From assembly GCF_035490575.1 (NCBI RefSeq), contig NZ_DATJLI010000153.1, forward strand, positions 419 to 64,418: a stretch of DNA of 64,000 nucleotides. The letters are read 5' to 3'. The stretch's first letter is position 1. The number at the start of each line of letters is the position of its first letter. This document shows positions 54,054 to 63,492 of this stretch, piece after piece. A program made the position numbers and the translations under genes. The DNA comes from Sphingomonas sp. (lineage in GTDB: Bacteria; Pseudomonadota; Alphaproteobacteria; Sphingomonadales; Sphingomonadaceae). Under the pieces are notes generated by a model that was not told the DNA's origin, ran no database searches, and was given only the letters and a program-made list of their open reading frames with translations.

Positions 54054-54530
54054 ATGCGAAGGATAAGAGAGCCGGTCGCGGCCACCATCCCGTCTGACGA
54101 AGGCGCCGGGGACATCGGCGAAATCCGCGATATCGTCGGTTTTCACATCCGGTTGGCGCATGGCGCGGTCTATCGCCACTTCACCGAAACCTTCGGTCAT
54201 CTGGAACTGACGCAGAAACAGGTCGCGGCGATGTGGCTGGTCGACAATCACCCCGACATCGCCCAGTCGACGCTTGCCAAGCGGATGCGGATGGACCGCG
54301 CGACGATGATGGCGATCGTCAACCGGCTGGAAGCGCGCGGCTATCTTTCGCGCGGTCGCTCGGCGACGGATGGACGCAAGCAGACGCTGAACCTGACAGA
54401 CGAGGGGCGGCGCGCACTGGCGACGGCGAAGGTCGCGGTGCGCGCGCATGAGGACTGGCTGAAGGCGCGCTATTCCCCGGCGGAGGTCGAAACACTGATC
54501 GCGCTGCTGACCCGGCTGCACAGCGAATAG
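54054..54530 (+). CDS. MarR-family regulator
   Basis: LAKRMRMDRATMMAIVNRLEARG..DGRKQTLNLTDEG; no cysteine. Confidence 0.9.
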   Translation: MRRIREPVAATIPSDEGAGDIGEIRDIVGFHIRLAHGAVYRHFTETFGHLELTQKQVAAMWLVDNHPDIAQSTLAKRMRMDRATMMAIVNRLEARGYLSRGRSATDGRKQTLNLTDEGRRALATAKVAVRAHEDWLKARYSPAEVETLIALLTRLHSE

Positions 54531-54534
54531 CGCA

Positions 54535-55089
54535 TCATGGCGCCGCCGCCAGTTGCGCTCGCAGATTGACCAGCACCCGCTGCGGCACCGGCGACAGGTC
54601 GCGTGCGGGCCTGCCCTTGCGAAGCCGGGCGCGATCGCGCTCCTCGGGCTGGACGACACGAACGCGCACCGGCGCGGGTCCACCGCGATGCAGGCCCAGC
54701 CGCTCGGCCGCGCCACGTGACAGGTCGATGATCCGCCGCCTGTCGGCAAACGGCCCGCGATCGTTGACGCGCACCAATATCCGGCGCCCGGTATCGAGCG
54801 CCGTCACCTCGACATAGCTGGGCAGCGGCAGCGTGGTGTGCGCGGCGGTGATCCATCTGGGCCGAAACCGCTCGCCATTGGCGGTGCGATTGCCCGATTC
54901 ACTACCATACCAGCTTGCCAGCCCCAACATGTCATAAGTGGGATCGACCGCAGGGGCATAGGTGACACCGCGCACGCGATAGGGCGATCCGACCTTGACC
55001 GGCGTGTCGGCAACGGGACGGAATCCACCCGAACAGGCCGCCAGCGCCAGCATCAGGGCAGTGGGGACAAGGGCGCGGGGCAGCGGCAT
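54535..55089 (-). CDS. rlpA: RlpA-like lytic transglycosylase lipoprotein (no SPOR domain)
   Basis: Lipobox LAAC, GLASWYG, TAAHTTLP, VRVNDRGP, IIDLS. Confidence 0.85.
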   Translation of the reverse strand: MPLPRALVPTALMLALAACSGGFRPVADTPVKVGSPYRVRGVTYAPAVDPTYDMLGLASWYGSESGNRTANGERFRPRWITAAHTTLPLPSYVEVTALDTGRRILVRVNDRGPFADRRRIIDLSRGAAERLGLHRGGPAPVRVRVVQPEERDRARLRKGRPARDLSPVPQRVLVNLRAQLAAAP

Positions 55090-55172
55090 GGCGCCCTTCT
55101 GACCGGCCCGATCGCCGCACGCAAGGTTGCGTATAACCCATGTCAATCGCGTGCTTTTTCGCTTCGCCAACT

Positions 55173-55198
55173 GGAACGATCGTCGCTGCGAGGCGCTT
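55173..55198 (+). promoter_or_regulatory. Candidate EcfG promoter for SRPBCC-ADH
   Basis: GGAAC-N16-CGCTT, one mismatch to CGTT. Confidence 0.5.
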
Positions 55199-55222
55199 GG
55201 GGCTTCGACAAGGAGGACCGCC

Positions 55223-55270
55223 ATGACGCATCGCCCGACCCTGTTCACCCTTTCCACGGGTGTATCGTGA
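55223..55270 (+). other. 15-codon upstream ORF (MTHRPTLFTLSTGVS) with strong RBS
   Basis: AAGGAGGA precedes ATG 55223; its TGA overlaps the GTG at 55267. Confidence 0.45.
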
Positions 55271-55887
55271 AACCCCGTGCACAAGCCGCCGTTGCGGTCG
55301 GGGCGCTGGCCGTGGGGCTGCTTGCCCTGACGCGCAGCACGGCAAAATCGCCATCGGGGACCGGCGCGGCGCCCGGCCGCACCGCGCGGCGCGACTGGTT
55401 CGGCCAATATCGCGTCGTCGGCAAGACGGTGACGATCGCCAGGCCTTCGCGAAACGAGCTTTTCGCGTTCTGGCGTGACTTCACCAACCTGCCCAGCTTC
55501 ATGGAAAATCTGAATGCGGTAAGCCCGGTCGGCGATGGCCAGTTCGAATGGGAAATCGTCGCGCCCGGCGAAGGCAGCGTGCGCGTTGTCACCGAAATCG
55601 CCAGCGAGCGGCAGGGCGAACTGATCGCATGGCGATCGGTCGAAGGGTCGTCGATCGATACCGAGGGCCGCGTTGCCTTTCGCGACGCACCGGGAGACCG
55701 CGGGACCCAGGTCGAACTGGTCGTCGCCTATCGCCCCCCGGCGGGCAGGCTGGGTGTGGCCGTCGCCAAATTGCTCCAGCGCGAACCCGAAGTGCAGGCG
55801 CGTCGCGACCTGCGGCGGTTCAAGGCGCTGATGGAAACCGGCGAGATCCCCACCAGCGACAACCGGCTCGATCGGGAGAAGAACTGA
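55267..55887 (+). CDS. SRPBCC/cyclase-family protein with N-terminal TM helix
   Basis: VTIARP..FWRDFTNLPSFM, WEIVAPG, IAWRS, DLRRFKALMETGEIPT. Confidence 0.8.
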   Translation: MKPRAQAAVAVGALAVGLLALTRSTAKSPSGTGAAPGRTARRDWFGQYRVVGKTVTIARPSRNELFAFWRDFTNLPSFMENLNAVSPVGDGQFEWEIVAPGEGSVRVVTEIASERQGELIAWRSVEGSSIDTEGRVAFRDAPGDRGTQVELVVAYRPPAGRLGVAVAKLLQREPEVQARRDLRRFKALMETGEIPTSDNRLDREKN

Positions 55888-57065
55888 TGCGCGCGCTCAC
55901 CTATCACGGGAAAAAGGATGTGCGTGTCGACACGCATCCCGATCCCGAAATCGTCAATCCCCGCGACGCGATCATCCGCGTCACATCGACCGCAATCTGC
56001 GGTTCGGACCTGCATCTGTATGACGGGGTGATCCCCGGCGTGCTGTCAGGCGATATCCTGGGCCATGAATTCATGGGCGAAGTGGTCGAAACCGGCCCCG
56101 GATCGACGCTGAAAAAGGGCCAGCGTGTGGTCGTGCCCTTCACTATCGCCTGCGGCACCTGCTTCTTTTGCGACAAGCATCAGTTCAGCGCGTGCGACAA
56201 CTCGAACCCTGTCGACAAGCGCGAGATTTCGGAAACGCTCTACGGTCAGCCGATGAGCGGGCTGTTCGGCTATTCGCACATGACCGGCGGCTATCCAGGC
56301 GGTCAGGCGGAATATGTCCGCGTTCCCTATAGCGATGTCGGCCCGGTCGTGATCGAGAATGACGATCTGGAGGACGAACAGGTGCTGTTCCTGTCCGACA
56401 TCCTGCCCACCGGCTGGATGGCGGCGGAAAACGCCCAGATCGAACCCGGCGATACCGTCGCCGTCTGGGGCGCGGGGCCGGTCGGGCTGTTCGCGGCGCA
56501 AAGCGCCAAGCTGATGAACGCCGCGCGCGTGATCGTCATCGACCATTATCCCCACCGGCTGGAACTGGCCGCGGGATTGGGGTGCGAGACGATCAACTTC
56601 CGCGATGTCGACGTGCGTGAGGCGCTGAACGAGATGACCGGCGGCATCGGTCCCGATGCGGTGATCGACGCAGTGGGGATGGAAGCGCACGGCTTCGCCG
56701 TCGACAACATGCTCGACATCGCCAAGCAGACCGTCGGCATGGGCGCCGACCGTGCCAGCGCGCTGAAACAGGCGCTGCTCGCCGTGCGCAAGGGCGGGCG
56801 CGTGTCGATCCCCGGCGTTTATGGCGGCATGACCGACAAGTTTCCGCTCGGCGCGCTGATGGAAAAGGGGCTGAAGATCGGCACCGGCCAGACGCATGTG
56901 CAAAAATACACGAAAATGCTGCTGGGGATGATCGAAGAAGGAAAGATCAACACCACCTTCCTCATCAGCCACCGTCTGCCACTGGAACAGGCCGCCGACG
57001 GCTACGCCAATTTCCGCAACCAGCAGAATGACTGGACCAAGGTCATTCTGAAACCCGGCGGCTGA
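55887..57065 (+). CDS. Zn-dependent alcohol/formaldehyde dehydrogenase
   Basis: AICGSDLH, GHEFMG, CGTCFFC, SDILPTGW; TGATG overlap with SRPBCC. Confidence 0.92.
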   Translation: MRALTYHGKKDVRVDTHPDPEIVNPRDAIIRVTSTAICGSDLHLYDGVIPGVLSGDILGHEFMGEVVETGPGSTLKKGQRVVVPFTIACGTCFFCDKHQFSACDNSNPVDKREISETLYGQPMSGLFGYSHMTGGYPGGQAEYVRVPYSDVGPVVIENDDLEDEQVLFLSDILPTGWMAAENAQIEPGDTVAVWGAGPVGLFAAQSAKLMNAARVIVIDHYPHRLELAAGLGCETINFRDVDVREALNEMTGGIGPDAVIDAVGMEAHGFAVDNMLDIAKQTVGMGADRASALKQALLAVRKGGRVSIPGVYGGMTDKFPLGALMEKGLKIGTGQTHVQKYTKMLLGMIEEGKINTTFLISHRLPLEQAADGYANFRNQQNDWTKVILKPGG

Positions 57066-57282
57066 TTGCCAAACGGCCGCCCATGCTGGTTGCAAGGTGG
57101 GCAAAAGATAAAATTGGTTCACGTCCGCCGCGCGAACCGCCACGTTCCATGTCCTGCATCCGGCCGCTCCGTCGTTCGTCGTCGGGGCGTGCCGGCCATC
57201 GCGAACCGGGGAATCGGGTCTTGTCGGGCATTGCCGCGGCAAAGCGGCCCGCGCCCTTGTGGGACAAGGAAAGCGGACGATC

Positions 57283-58197
57283 GTGTCTGATGAAAATGTG
57301 ACCGACCTGAACCATCTGCGCCGGCTCGAGGCCGAGAGCATCCATATCCTGCGCGAAGTCGTGGCCGAGGCCGAACGCCCGGTGATGCTCTATTCGGTGG
57401 GCAAGGATTCGGCGGTCATGCTGCATCTCGCCAAAAAGGCCTTCTATCCAGCACCCCCGCCCTTCCCGCTGCTGCATGTCGACACGACGTGGAAGTTTCA
57501 GGCGATGTATGAACTGCGCGACCGCGCGGCGCAGGCGGCGGGCATGGAATTGCTGGTCCATCACAATCCTGACGCGATGGCGCAGGGGATCAACCCGTTC
57601 GACCATGGCGGCCTTCACACCGACATGTGGAAAACCGAAGGGCTGAAGCAGGCGCTCGACAAATACGGGTTCGACGTGGCGTTCGGCGGTGCTCGGCGCG
57701 ATGAGGAAAAGAGCCGCGCCAAGGAACGGGTATTCAGCTTTCGCAGCGCCAGCCACCGCTGGGACCCCAAGAACCAGCGCCCCGAATTGTGGCACCTCTA
57801 CAATGCGCGCAAGGCGAAGGGAGAGAGCATCCGCGTCTTTCCCATCTCCAACTGGACCGAACTCGACATCTGGCAATATATCATGGCCGAAGGGATCGAG
57901 ATCGTGCCCCTGTATTTCGCCGCGCCGCGCCCGACGGTTGAGCGCGACGGGCTGATCCTGATGGTCGATGACGACCGCTTCCGCTTTCGCGAGGGGGATC
58001 AGGTGGTCGAACGCTCGATCCGGTTCCGCACGCTGGGCTGCTACCCGCTGACCGGCGCGGTGGAGAGCGAAGCGGCGACCTTGTCCGAAGTCGTGCAGGA
58101 AATGCTGCTGACCACCACCAGCGAACGCCAGGGCCGCGCCATCGACCACGATCAGGCCGCCTCGATGGAAAAGAAGAAGCAGGAGGGCTATTTCTGA
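57283..58197 (+). CDS. cysD: Sulfate adenylyltransferase subunit 2
   Basis: [34 protein letters not shown]; GTG start after AAGGAAAG. Confidence 0.95.
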   Translation: MSDENVTDLNHLRRLEAESIHILREVVAEAERPVMLYSVGKDSAVMLHLAKKAFYPAPPPFPLLHVDTTWKFQAMYELRDRAAQAAGMELLVHHNPDAMAQGINPFDHGGLHTDMWKTEGLKQALDKYGFDVAFGGARRDEEKSRAKERVFSFRSASHRWDPKNQRPELWHLYNARKAKGESIRVFPISNWTELDIWQYIMAEGIEIVPLYFAAPRPTVERDGLILMVDDDRFRFREGDQVVERSIRFRTLGCYPLTGAVESEAATLSEVVQEMLLTTTSERQGRAIDHDQAASMEKKKQEGYF

Positions 58198-60107
58198 TGG
58201 CCGATCGCGAAACCAGCTACCGCGCCGACGCGCTGATTGCCCAGGATATCGACGCCTATCTGGCGGCGCACCAGAACAAATCGCTGCTGCGCTTCATAAC
58301 CTGCGGCTCGGTCGATGACGGCAAATCGACGCTGATCGGGCGGCTTTTATATGATTCGAAGATGATCTTCGAAGACCAGCTCGCCACGCTGGAGGCCGAT
58401 TCCAGGCGGATGGGCACGCAGGGGCAGAATATCGACTTTGCCCTGCTGGTCGACGGTCTCGCCGCCGAGCGTGAACAGGGCATCACCATCGATGTCGCCT
58501 ATCGCTTTTTCACGACCGAAAAGCGCAAGTTCATCGTCGCCGATACGCCGGGGCACGAACAATATACGCGCAACATGGTGACGGGCGCGTCGACCGCCGA
58601 CCTTGCCGTGATCCTGATCGACGCGCGCAAGGGGGTGCTGACGCAGACGCGGCGGCACTCCTACCTCGCGCACCTGATCGGCATCCGCCACATCGTGCTG
58701 GCGGTGAACAAGATGGATCTGGTCGGGTTCGACCGGCATCGCTTCGACACGATCGTCGCCGACTATCGCGCGTTCGCCGAATCGATCGGGATTGAGGGGT
58801 TCGTGCCGATCCCCATTTCGGGTCTGGGCGGCGACAATATCACCAGCCGGTCCGAACGGACGCCCTGGTATGACGGGCCGACGCTGATCGACCATCTGGA
58901 AACGGTCGAACTGGACGTGGAGCGCGACCGGGCAAAGCCGTTCCGCATGGCGGTGCAGTGGGTTAATCGCCCGCATCTGGATTTCCGCGGTTTCGCCGGC
59001 ATGATCGCCAGCGGTTCGGTGCGGCCGGGCGATGCGGTGCGCGTCGTCCCGTCGGGACGCACTTCCACCGTCGCGCGGATCGTGACCATGGACGGCGACC
59101 TGCCCGTGGCGGTCGCCGGACAGTCGGTGATGCTGACGCTGGCGGACGAGATTGATTGCAGCCGGGGCGACGTGCTGGCCGCCGCCGAACAGCCGCCACA
59201 GGGCGCTGACCAGTTCCAGGCAATGGTCGTCTGGATGGACGGCGAAGCGATGCTGCCCGGTCGCGCATATTGGATGAAGATCGGCACGCGCACCGTGTCC
59301 GCCACGGTTCAACCGCCCAAACATGTCGTCGACGTCAACACCATGGCCCAATTGTCGGCCAAGACGCTGGCGATGAACGATATCGGCGCGTGCGAAGTCT
59401 ATACCGATCAGCCGATCGCGTTCGAATCCTATGCTGATGATCGCGAGCTTGGCGGCTTCATCCTGATCGACAAGGCGACCAACGCCACGGTCGCCGCGGG
59501 CATGATCGACTTTGCGCTTCGCCGCAGCCAGAATGTGCATTGGCAGGCCATCGACCTCACGCGTGAGGCGCGCGCCGCGCAGAAGAACCAGCGCCCCTGC
59601 GTGCTGTGGTTCACCGGCCTGTCGGGTTCGGGCAAATCGACGCTCGCCAATCTGGTCGAGAAAAAGCTGCATGCGCTGGGCAAGCACAGCTTCCTGCTGG
59701 ACGGCGACAATGTGCGCCACGGTCTGAACCGCGACCTGGGCTTTACCGACACCGACCGGGTGGAGAATATCCGCCGCGTGGGCGAAGTGGCGCGGCTGAT
59801 GACCGATGCGGGCCTGATCGTGCTGACGGCCTTCATCTCGCCCTTCCGCGCCGAACGGGCGATGGTGCGCGACATGCTGCCCGATGGCGAGTTCATCGAA
59901 ATCCACGTCAACACCCCGCTGGAAGTGGCCGAGGCGCGCGACGTGAAGGGGCTGTATCGCAAGGCGCGCGCGGGTATGCTCAAGAACTTCACCGGGATCG
60001 ACAGCCCGTATGAGGAACCGGAACATGCCGAAATCACGGTGGATACCGTTTCGATGACGCCCGAACAGGCCGCGGAATTGATCGTCGAGCGGATTTTCGG
60101 CGCGTGA
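58197..60107 (+). CDS. cysNC: Bifunctional sulfate adenylyltransferase subunit 1 / APS kinase (NodQ-like)
   Basis: [22 protein letters not shown]; C-terminal [19 protein letters not shown]. Confidence 0.96.
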   Translation: MADRETSYRADALIAQDIDAYLAAHQNKSLLRFITCGSVDDGKSTLIGRLLYDSKMIFEDQLATLEADSRRMGTQGQNIDFALLVDGLAAEREQGITIDVAYRFFTTEKRKFIVADTPGHEQYTRNMVTGASTADLAVILIDARKGVLTQTRRHSYLAHLIGIRHIVLAVNKMDLVGFDRHRFDTIVADYRAFAESIGIEGFVPIPISGLGGDNITSRSERTPWYDGPTLIDHLETVELDVERDRAKPFRMAVQWVNRPHLDFRGFAGMIASGSVRPGDAVRVVPSGRTSTVARIVTMDGDLPVAVAGQSVMLTLADEIDCSRGDVLAAAEQPPQGADQFQAMVVWMDGEAMLPGRAYWMKIGTRTVSATVQPPKHVVDVNTMAQLSAKTLAMNDIGACEVYTDQPIAFESYADDRELGGFILIDKATNATVAAGMIDFALRRSQNVHWQAIDLTREARAAQKNQRPCVLWFTGLSGSGKSTLANLVEKKLHALGKHSFLLDGDNVRHGLNRDLGFTDTDRVENIRRVGEVARLMTDAGLIVLTAFISPFRAERAMVRDMLPDGEFIEIHVNTPLEVAEARDVKGLYRKARAGMLKNFTGIDSPYEEPEHAEITVDTVSMTPEQAAELIVERIFGA

Positions 60108-60865
60108 CGACCCTGGCCGATGACGCGCGCCTTGCCCGCCGGATCGCCGATGCGGCGGGCGCGCTGCTGCTGACCCTGCGCGACACCGGCCTGTTCGACG
60201 GCAAGGCATTGGGCGCGGCGGGCGACCGGGTGGCGAACGCGATGATCCTGGAGGCGCTGAAACAGGACCGCCCCGACGACGCCGTGCTGTCCGAGGAAAG
60301 CGTCGACGACCTCACCCGGCTGGAGCGCAGCCGCGTCTGGATCGTCGATCCGCTGGATGGCACGCGCGAATATTCCGAAGGGCGCGACGACTGGGCCGTC
60401 CATGTCGCATTGGCGGTCGACGGACAAGCGGCGGTCGGCGCGGTCGCGCTGCCGGCGCTGGGCGTTTCGTTCGACAGCGCCGCGCCGCCGCCGCTTCCTA
60501 CCCCCAACACACCCCCCAGAATGCTGGTCAGCCGCAGCCGCCCCGCGCCGGAGGCCGTGGCCGTGGCCGGGCAGATCGGCGCCGAACTGCTGCCCATGGG
60601 TTCGGCGGGCGCAAAGGCGATGGCCGTGCTTCGCGGACAGGCCGACATCTACCTCCATTCGGGCGGGCAATACGAATGGGACAGTTGCGCGCCGGTCGCG
60701 GTGGCGCTGGCCGCCGGACTACATGTGTCACGCATCGACGGCGCGGCGATGCGCTATAACCAAAGCGACGTCTATCTGCCCGACCTGCTGATCTGCCGAG
60801 CCGAAGCGGCGGACGACCTGCTGGCGCGGGTTCGCCGCCTGAACCCCGCGCGGTCGGCGGCCTGA
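60104..60865 (+). CDS. cysQ: 3'(2'),5'-bisphosphate nucleotidase
   Basis: [28 protein letters not shown]. Confidence 0.92.
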   Translation: MTTLADDARLARRIADAAGALLLTLRDTGLFDGKALGAAGDRVANAMILEALKQDRPDDAVLSEESVDDLTRLERSRVWIVDPLDGTREYSEGRDDWAVHVALAVDGQAAVGAVALPALGVSFDSAAPPPLPTPNTPPRMLVSRSRPAPEAVAVAGQIGAELLPMGSAGAKAMAVLRGQADIYLHSGGQYEWDSCAPVAVALAAGLHVSRIDGAAMRYNQSDVYLPDLLICRAEAADDLLARVRRLNPARSAA

Positions 60866-60899
60866 CCCGCGCCATGCCACACCGGGCAGGAACCCCTTG

Positions 60900-61679
60900 A
60901 TGGAATGGCTGAACATCCTGGCCGGACTGCTGGTCGGGATCATCGTCGGCATTACCGGCGTCGGCGGCGGCTCGCTCATGTCGCCGCTGCTCATCCTCGT
61001 GTTCGGCGTCGCGCCCGCCACTGCGATCGGCACCGACCTGTGGTTCGCGGCGATCACCAAAAGCGTCGGCGGCTATATCCACCACCGCCATGCCAGCGTC
61101 GATATGGGTGTCGTGCGGCTGCTGGCGCTGGGCAGCGTCCCGGCCGCGCTGATGGTCGGGCTGTGGCTGTGGTATTCGGGCAACGGCCATGTCGATTCGA
61201 GTTTGCTGAGCGTCAGCCTGGGCATCGTCCTGATCCTGACCTCGATCTCGACATTGTTTCGCCAGAGGATGGCCGGTTATGTCCAGTCGATCCCGATCCG
61301 GTCGAACCCCGCCTTTCCCGCGATGAAGCGTATTGCCACGGTGCTGGCGGGGGCGCTGCTGGGCGTGATGGTGACGATGACGTCGGTGGGTGCCGGGGCA
61401 TTGGGCGCCACCATGCTGATGATGCTTTATCCCCGTCGCCTGTCGCTGCGCCGGCTGGTGGGGACCGACATTGCCCATGCGGTGCCGATCGCCTTTGTCG
61501 GCGGGGTCATCCATCTGCTGTTCGGCACGGTCGACCTGAGCTTGCTGGGGCTGTTGCTGCTGGGATCGGTGCCGGGCATCGCGCTGGGCGCACGGCTGGC
61601 CAGCACGGTGCCGGAACGGATCGTTCAGCCGGTGCTGGCCGCCGTGCTGCTGATCGCCGGTCTCAAACTGGCGCTTTAG
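60900..61679 (+). CDS. TSUP (TauE/SafE) membrane transporter
   Basis: GITGVGGGSLMSP, AIGTDL, LVGTDIAHAVP. Confidence 0.9.
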   Translation: MEWLNILAGLLVGIIVGITGVGGGSLMSPLLILVFGVAPATAIGTDLWFAAITKSVGGYIHHRHASVDMGVVRLLALGSVPAALMVGLWLWYSGNGHVDSSLLSVSLGIVLILTSISTLFRQRMAGYVQSIPIRSNPAFPAMKRIATVLAGALLGVMVTMTSVGAGALGATMLMMLYPRRLSLRRLVGTDIAHAVPIAFVGGVIHLLFGTVDLSLLGLLLLGSVPGIALGARLASTVPERIVQPVLAAVLLIAGLKLAL

Positions 61680-61828
61680 CCGCTTTATCTCCTCCGCGCG
61701 GCCCGGTAACGCGGGCAACCGGCTGGGGGTTCAGGATATGATATTGTGCGGGTTCGGCATTTTCGGTCAAGACGTCGCCGGGGCGACGCCGCCGCCCGTG
61801 CGCCATCCGGGCGAATAACGGGGCTGTG

Positions 61829-62977
61829 ATGCAGCATCCGGCGGCAACTCCCGATATCGACCGCGCGGCAACCCGCCGCCCTGGCGCAACGCCCGAATTG
61901 TCGGTCATCATCCCCACCTTCAACGAAGCCGGCAATGTCCGCGCGATAACGCAGGCGCTGGAAAGCGCGCTGTCGGGCATCCGGTTTGAACTGGTGTTCG
62001 TCGACGATGATTCAACCGATGGCACTCGCGACATTCTGGCCGAACTGGCGGATACACGCGGCAATCTGCGCGTGATTCACCGCGTCGGGCGGCGCGGCCT
62101 GGCCACCGCCGTCACCGAGGGGATGTTGAGCACCACCGCACCCTATCTCGCGGTGATCGACGCCGACCTCCAGCATGATGAACGGGTGCTGCCCGACATG
62201 CTGGCGCTACTGACAAGCGGTGAGGCGGACCTGGTGGTCGGATCGCGCTATACCGCCGGCGGTGGCATTGGCGACTGGGACGCGAACCGCGCGCGGGTCA
62301 GCACGGCGGCGACCCGGCTGGCGAGGCTGATCACCTCCGCCGACCTGACCGACCCGATGAGCGGCTTTTTCGCAATCTCGCGCCCGGCATTCTACAGCGC
62401 AGTGCGCGACCTGTCGGGACAGGGTTACAAGATCCTGCTCGACATTGCCGCGTCGGCGAAACAGCCGCTGCGCATCCGCGAACTCCCCTACCAGTTTCGC
62501 ACCCGTCAGGCGGGGGAGAGCAAGCTGGATACGCTGATCATATGGGAATATCTGCTGCTGCTGGTCGACAAGATCATCGGGCATATCGTGCCGGCACGGT
62601 TCCTGTCGTTCATGTTCATCGGCGGGCTGGGCGTTTTCGTCCATATGGCGGTGCTGGGCTCGCTGGTCGCGCTGGGCGAACCGTCCTTTTTGTGGGCACA
62701 GGCGCTCGCGACGCTGACGGCGATGGTCTTTAACTTCTTCGTCAACAACATGCTGACCTATCGCGACCGGCGCCTGCGCGGCTTCATCGGCCTGTCGCGC
62801 GGTCTGCTGACCTTTGTTCTGGCCTGTTCGGTGGGCGCGATCGCCAATGTCGGGATCGCCGATTATCTGTTCGACGATGCGCTTTATAACTGGTTTTCGG
62901 CCGGTCTGGCGGGGATTGCGGTGGGCGTCGTGTGGAATTACGCGGCCACTTCGGTCTTCACATGGCGGGCGCGATAG
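61829..62977 (+). CDS. Polyprenol-phosphate glycosyltransferase (GT2) fused to a GtrA-like domain
   Basis: IIPTFNE, VDDDSTDGT, DADLQHD, DPMSGFF; C-terminal 4-TM region (FNFFVNNMLTY, WNY). Confidence 0.85.
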   Translation: MQHPAATPDIDRAATRRPGATPELSVIIPTFNEAGNVRAITQALESALSGIRFELVFVDDDSTDGTRDILAELADTRGNLRVIHRVGRRGLATAVTEGMLSTTAPYLAVIDADLQHDERVLPDMLALLTSGEADLVVGSRYTAGGGIGDWDANRARVSTAATRLARLITSADLTDPMSGFFAISRPAFYSAVRDLSGQGYKILLDIAASAKQPLRIRELPYQFRTRQAGESKLDTLIIWEYLLLLVDKIIGHIVPARFLSFMFIGGLGVFVHMAVLGSLVALGEPSFLWAQALATLTAMVFNFFVNNMLTYRDRRLRGFIGLSRGLLTFVLACSVGAIANVGIADYLFDDALYNWFSAGLAGIAVGVVWNYAATSVFTWRAR

Positions 62978-62991
62978 GGCGGGCGCGATAG
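62964..62991 (+). repeat. Perfect 14-bp tandem duplication across the GT2 stop codon
   Basis: GGCGGGCGCGATAG twice. Confidence 0.8.
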
Positions 62992-63015
62992 GGTGCGCGC
63001 CACAGGCCGGCGGCG

Positions 63016-63144
63016 CTAGCGGGTCGGCCGGCGGCGCAGCAGGCGGATCGCGGGCCGCTCCACGCTGACCGCGACCGCCGCCATGGTAATTGCCATCGCT
63101 TGCCAGCGTTTGCCCGCCGCACGGCGATAGCGCGCCTGCATCCG
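63016..63144 (-). pseudogene. Possible 3' remnant of a gene cut by the IS (acyltransferase-3-like tail)
   Basis: Open frame from the IS edge: RMQARYRRAAGKRWQAMAITMAAVAVSVERPAIRLLRRRPTR-stop. Confidence 0.3.
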
Positions 63145-63207
63145 CTGAGGTGGTGCCGCTTTTCTGGACAGGTTGCTAAGCTAATCCCGACGTGAGGACG
63201 GACGGGA

Positions 63208-63492
63208 ATGAAGACGACGAGGAAGCGCTATGGCGCGGATTTCAAAGCGAAGGTGGCGCTGGAGGCGATCCGTGGGGATCTGACGCTGGCGGAGCTGGCA
63301 GCGAAGCATGGGGTGCATCACACGATGATCGCGGCGTGGAAGCGTCAGGCGATCGAAGGGATGTCGGCGACGTTCTCCGGTGCCGGCGAGGCGGCCAGGG
63401 CGGCGAGCGACGCGGAGGTGGCCAAGCTGCACGCCAAGATCGGGCAGTTACTCGTGGAGCGGGATTTTTTAGCGAAGGCCTCCGGTCGATGA
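63208..63492 (+). CDS. IS3 transposase OrfA
   Basis: KRYGADFKAKVALEA HTH, ERDFLAKA. Confidence 0.92.
   Translation: MKTTRKRYGADFKAKVALEAIRGDLTLAELAAKHGVHHTMIAAWKRQAIEGMSATFSGAGEAARAASDAEVAKLHAKIGQLLVERDFLAKASGR

Noticed and set aside
57066-57282. Riboswitch or sRNA upstream of cysD
   Set aside because: No recognisable SAM, cobalamin or other riboswitch core by eye; an Rfam/Infernal scan would be needed.
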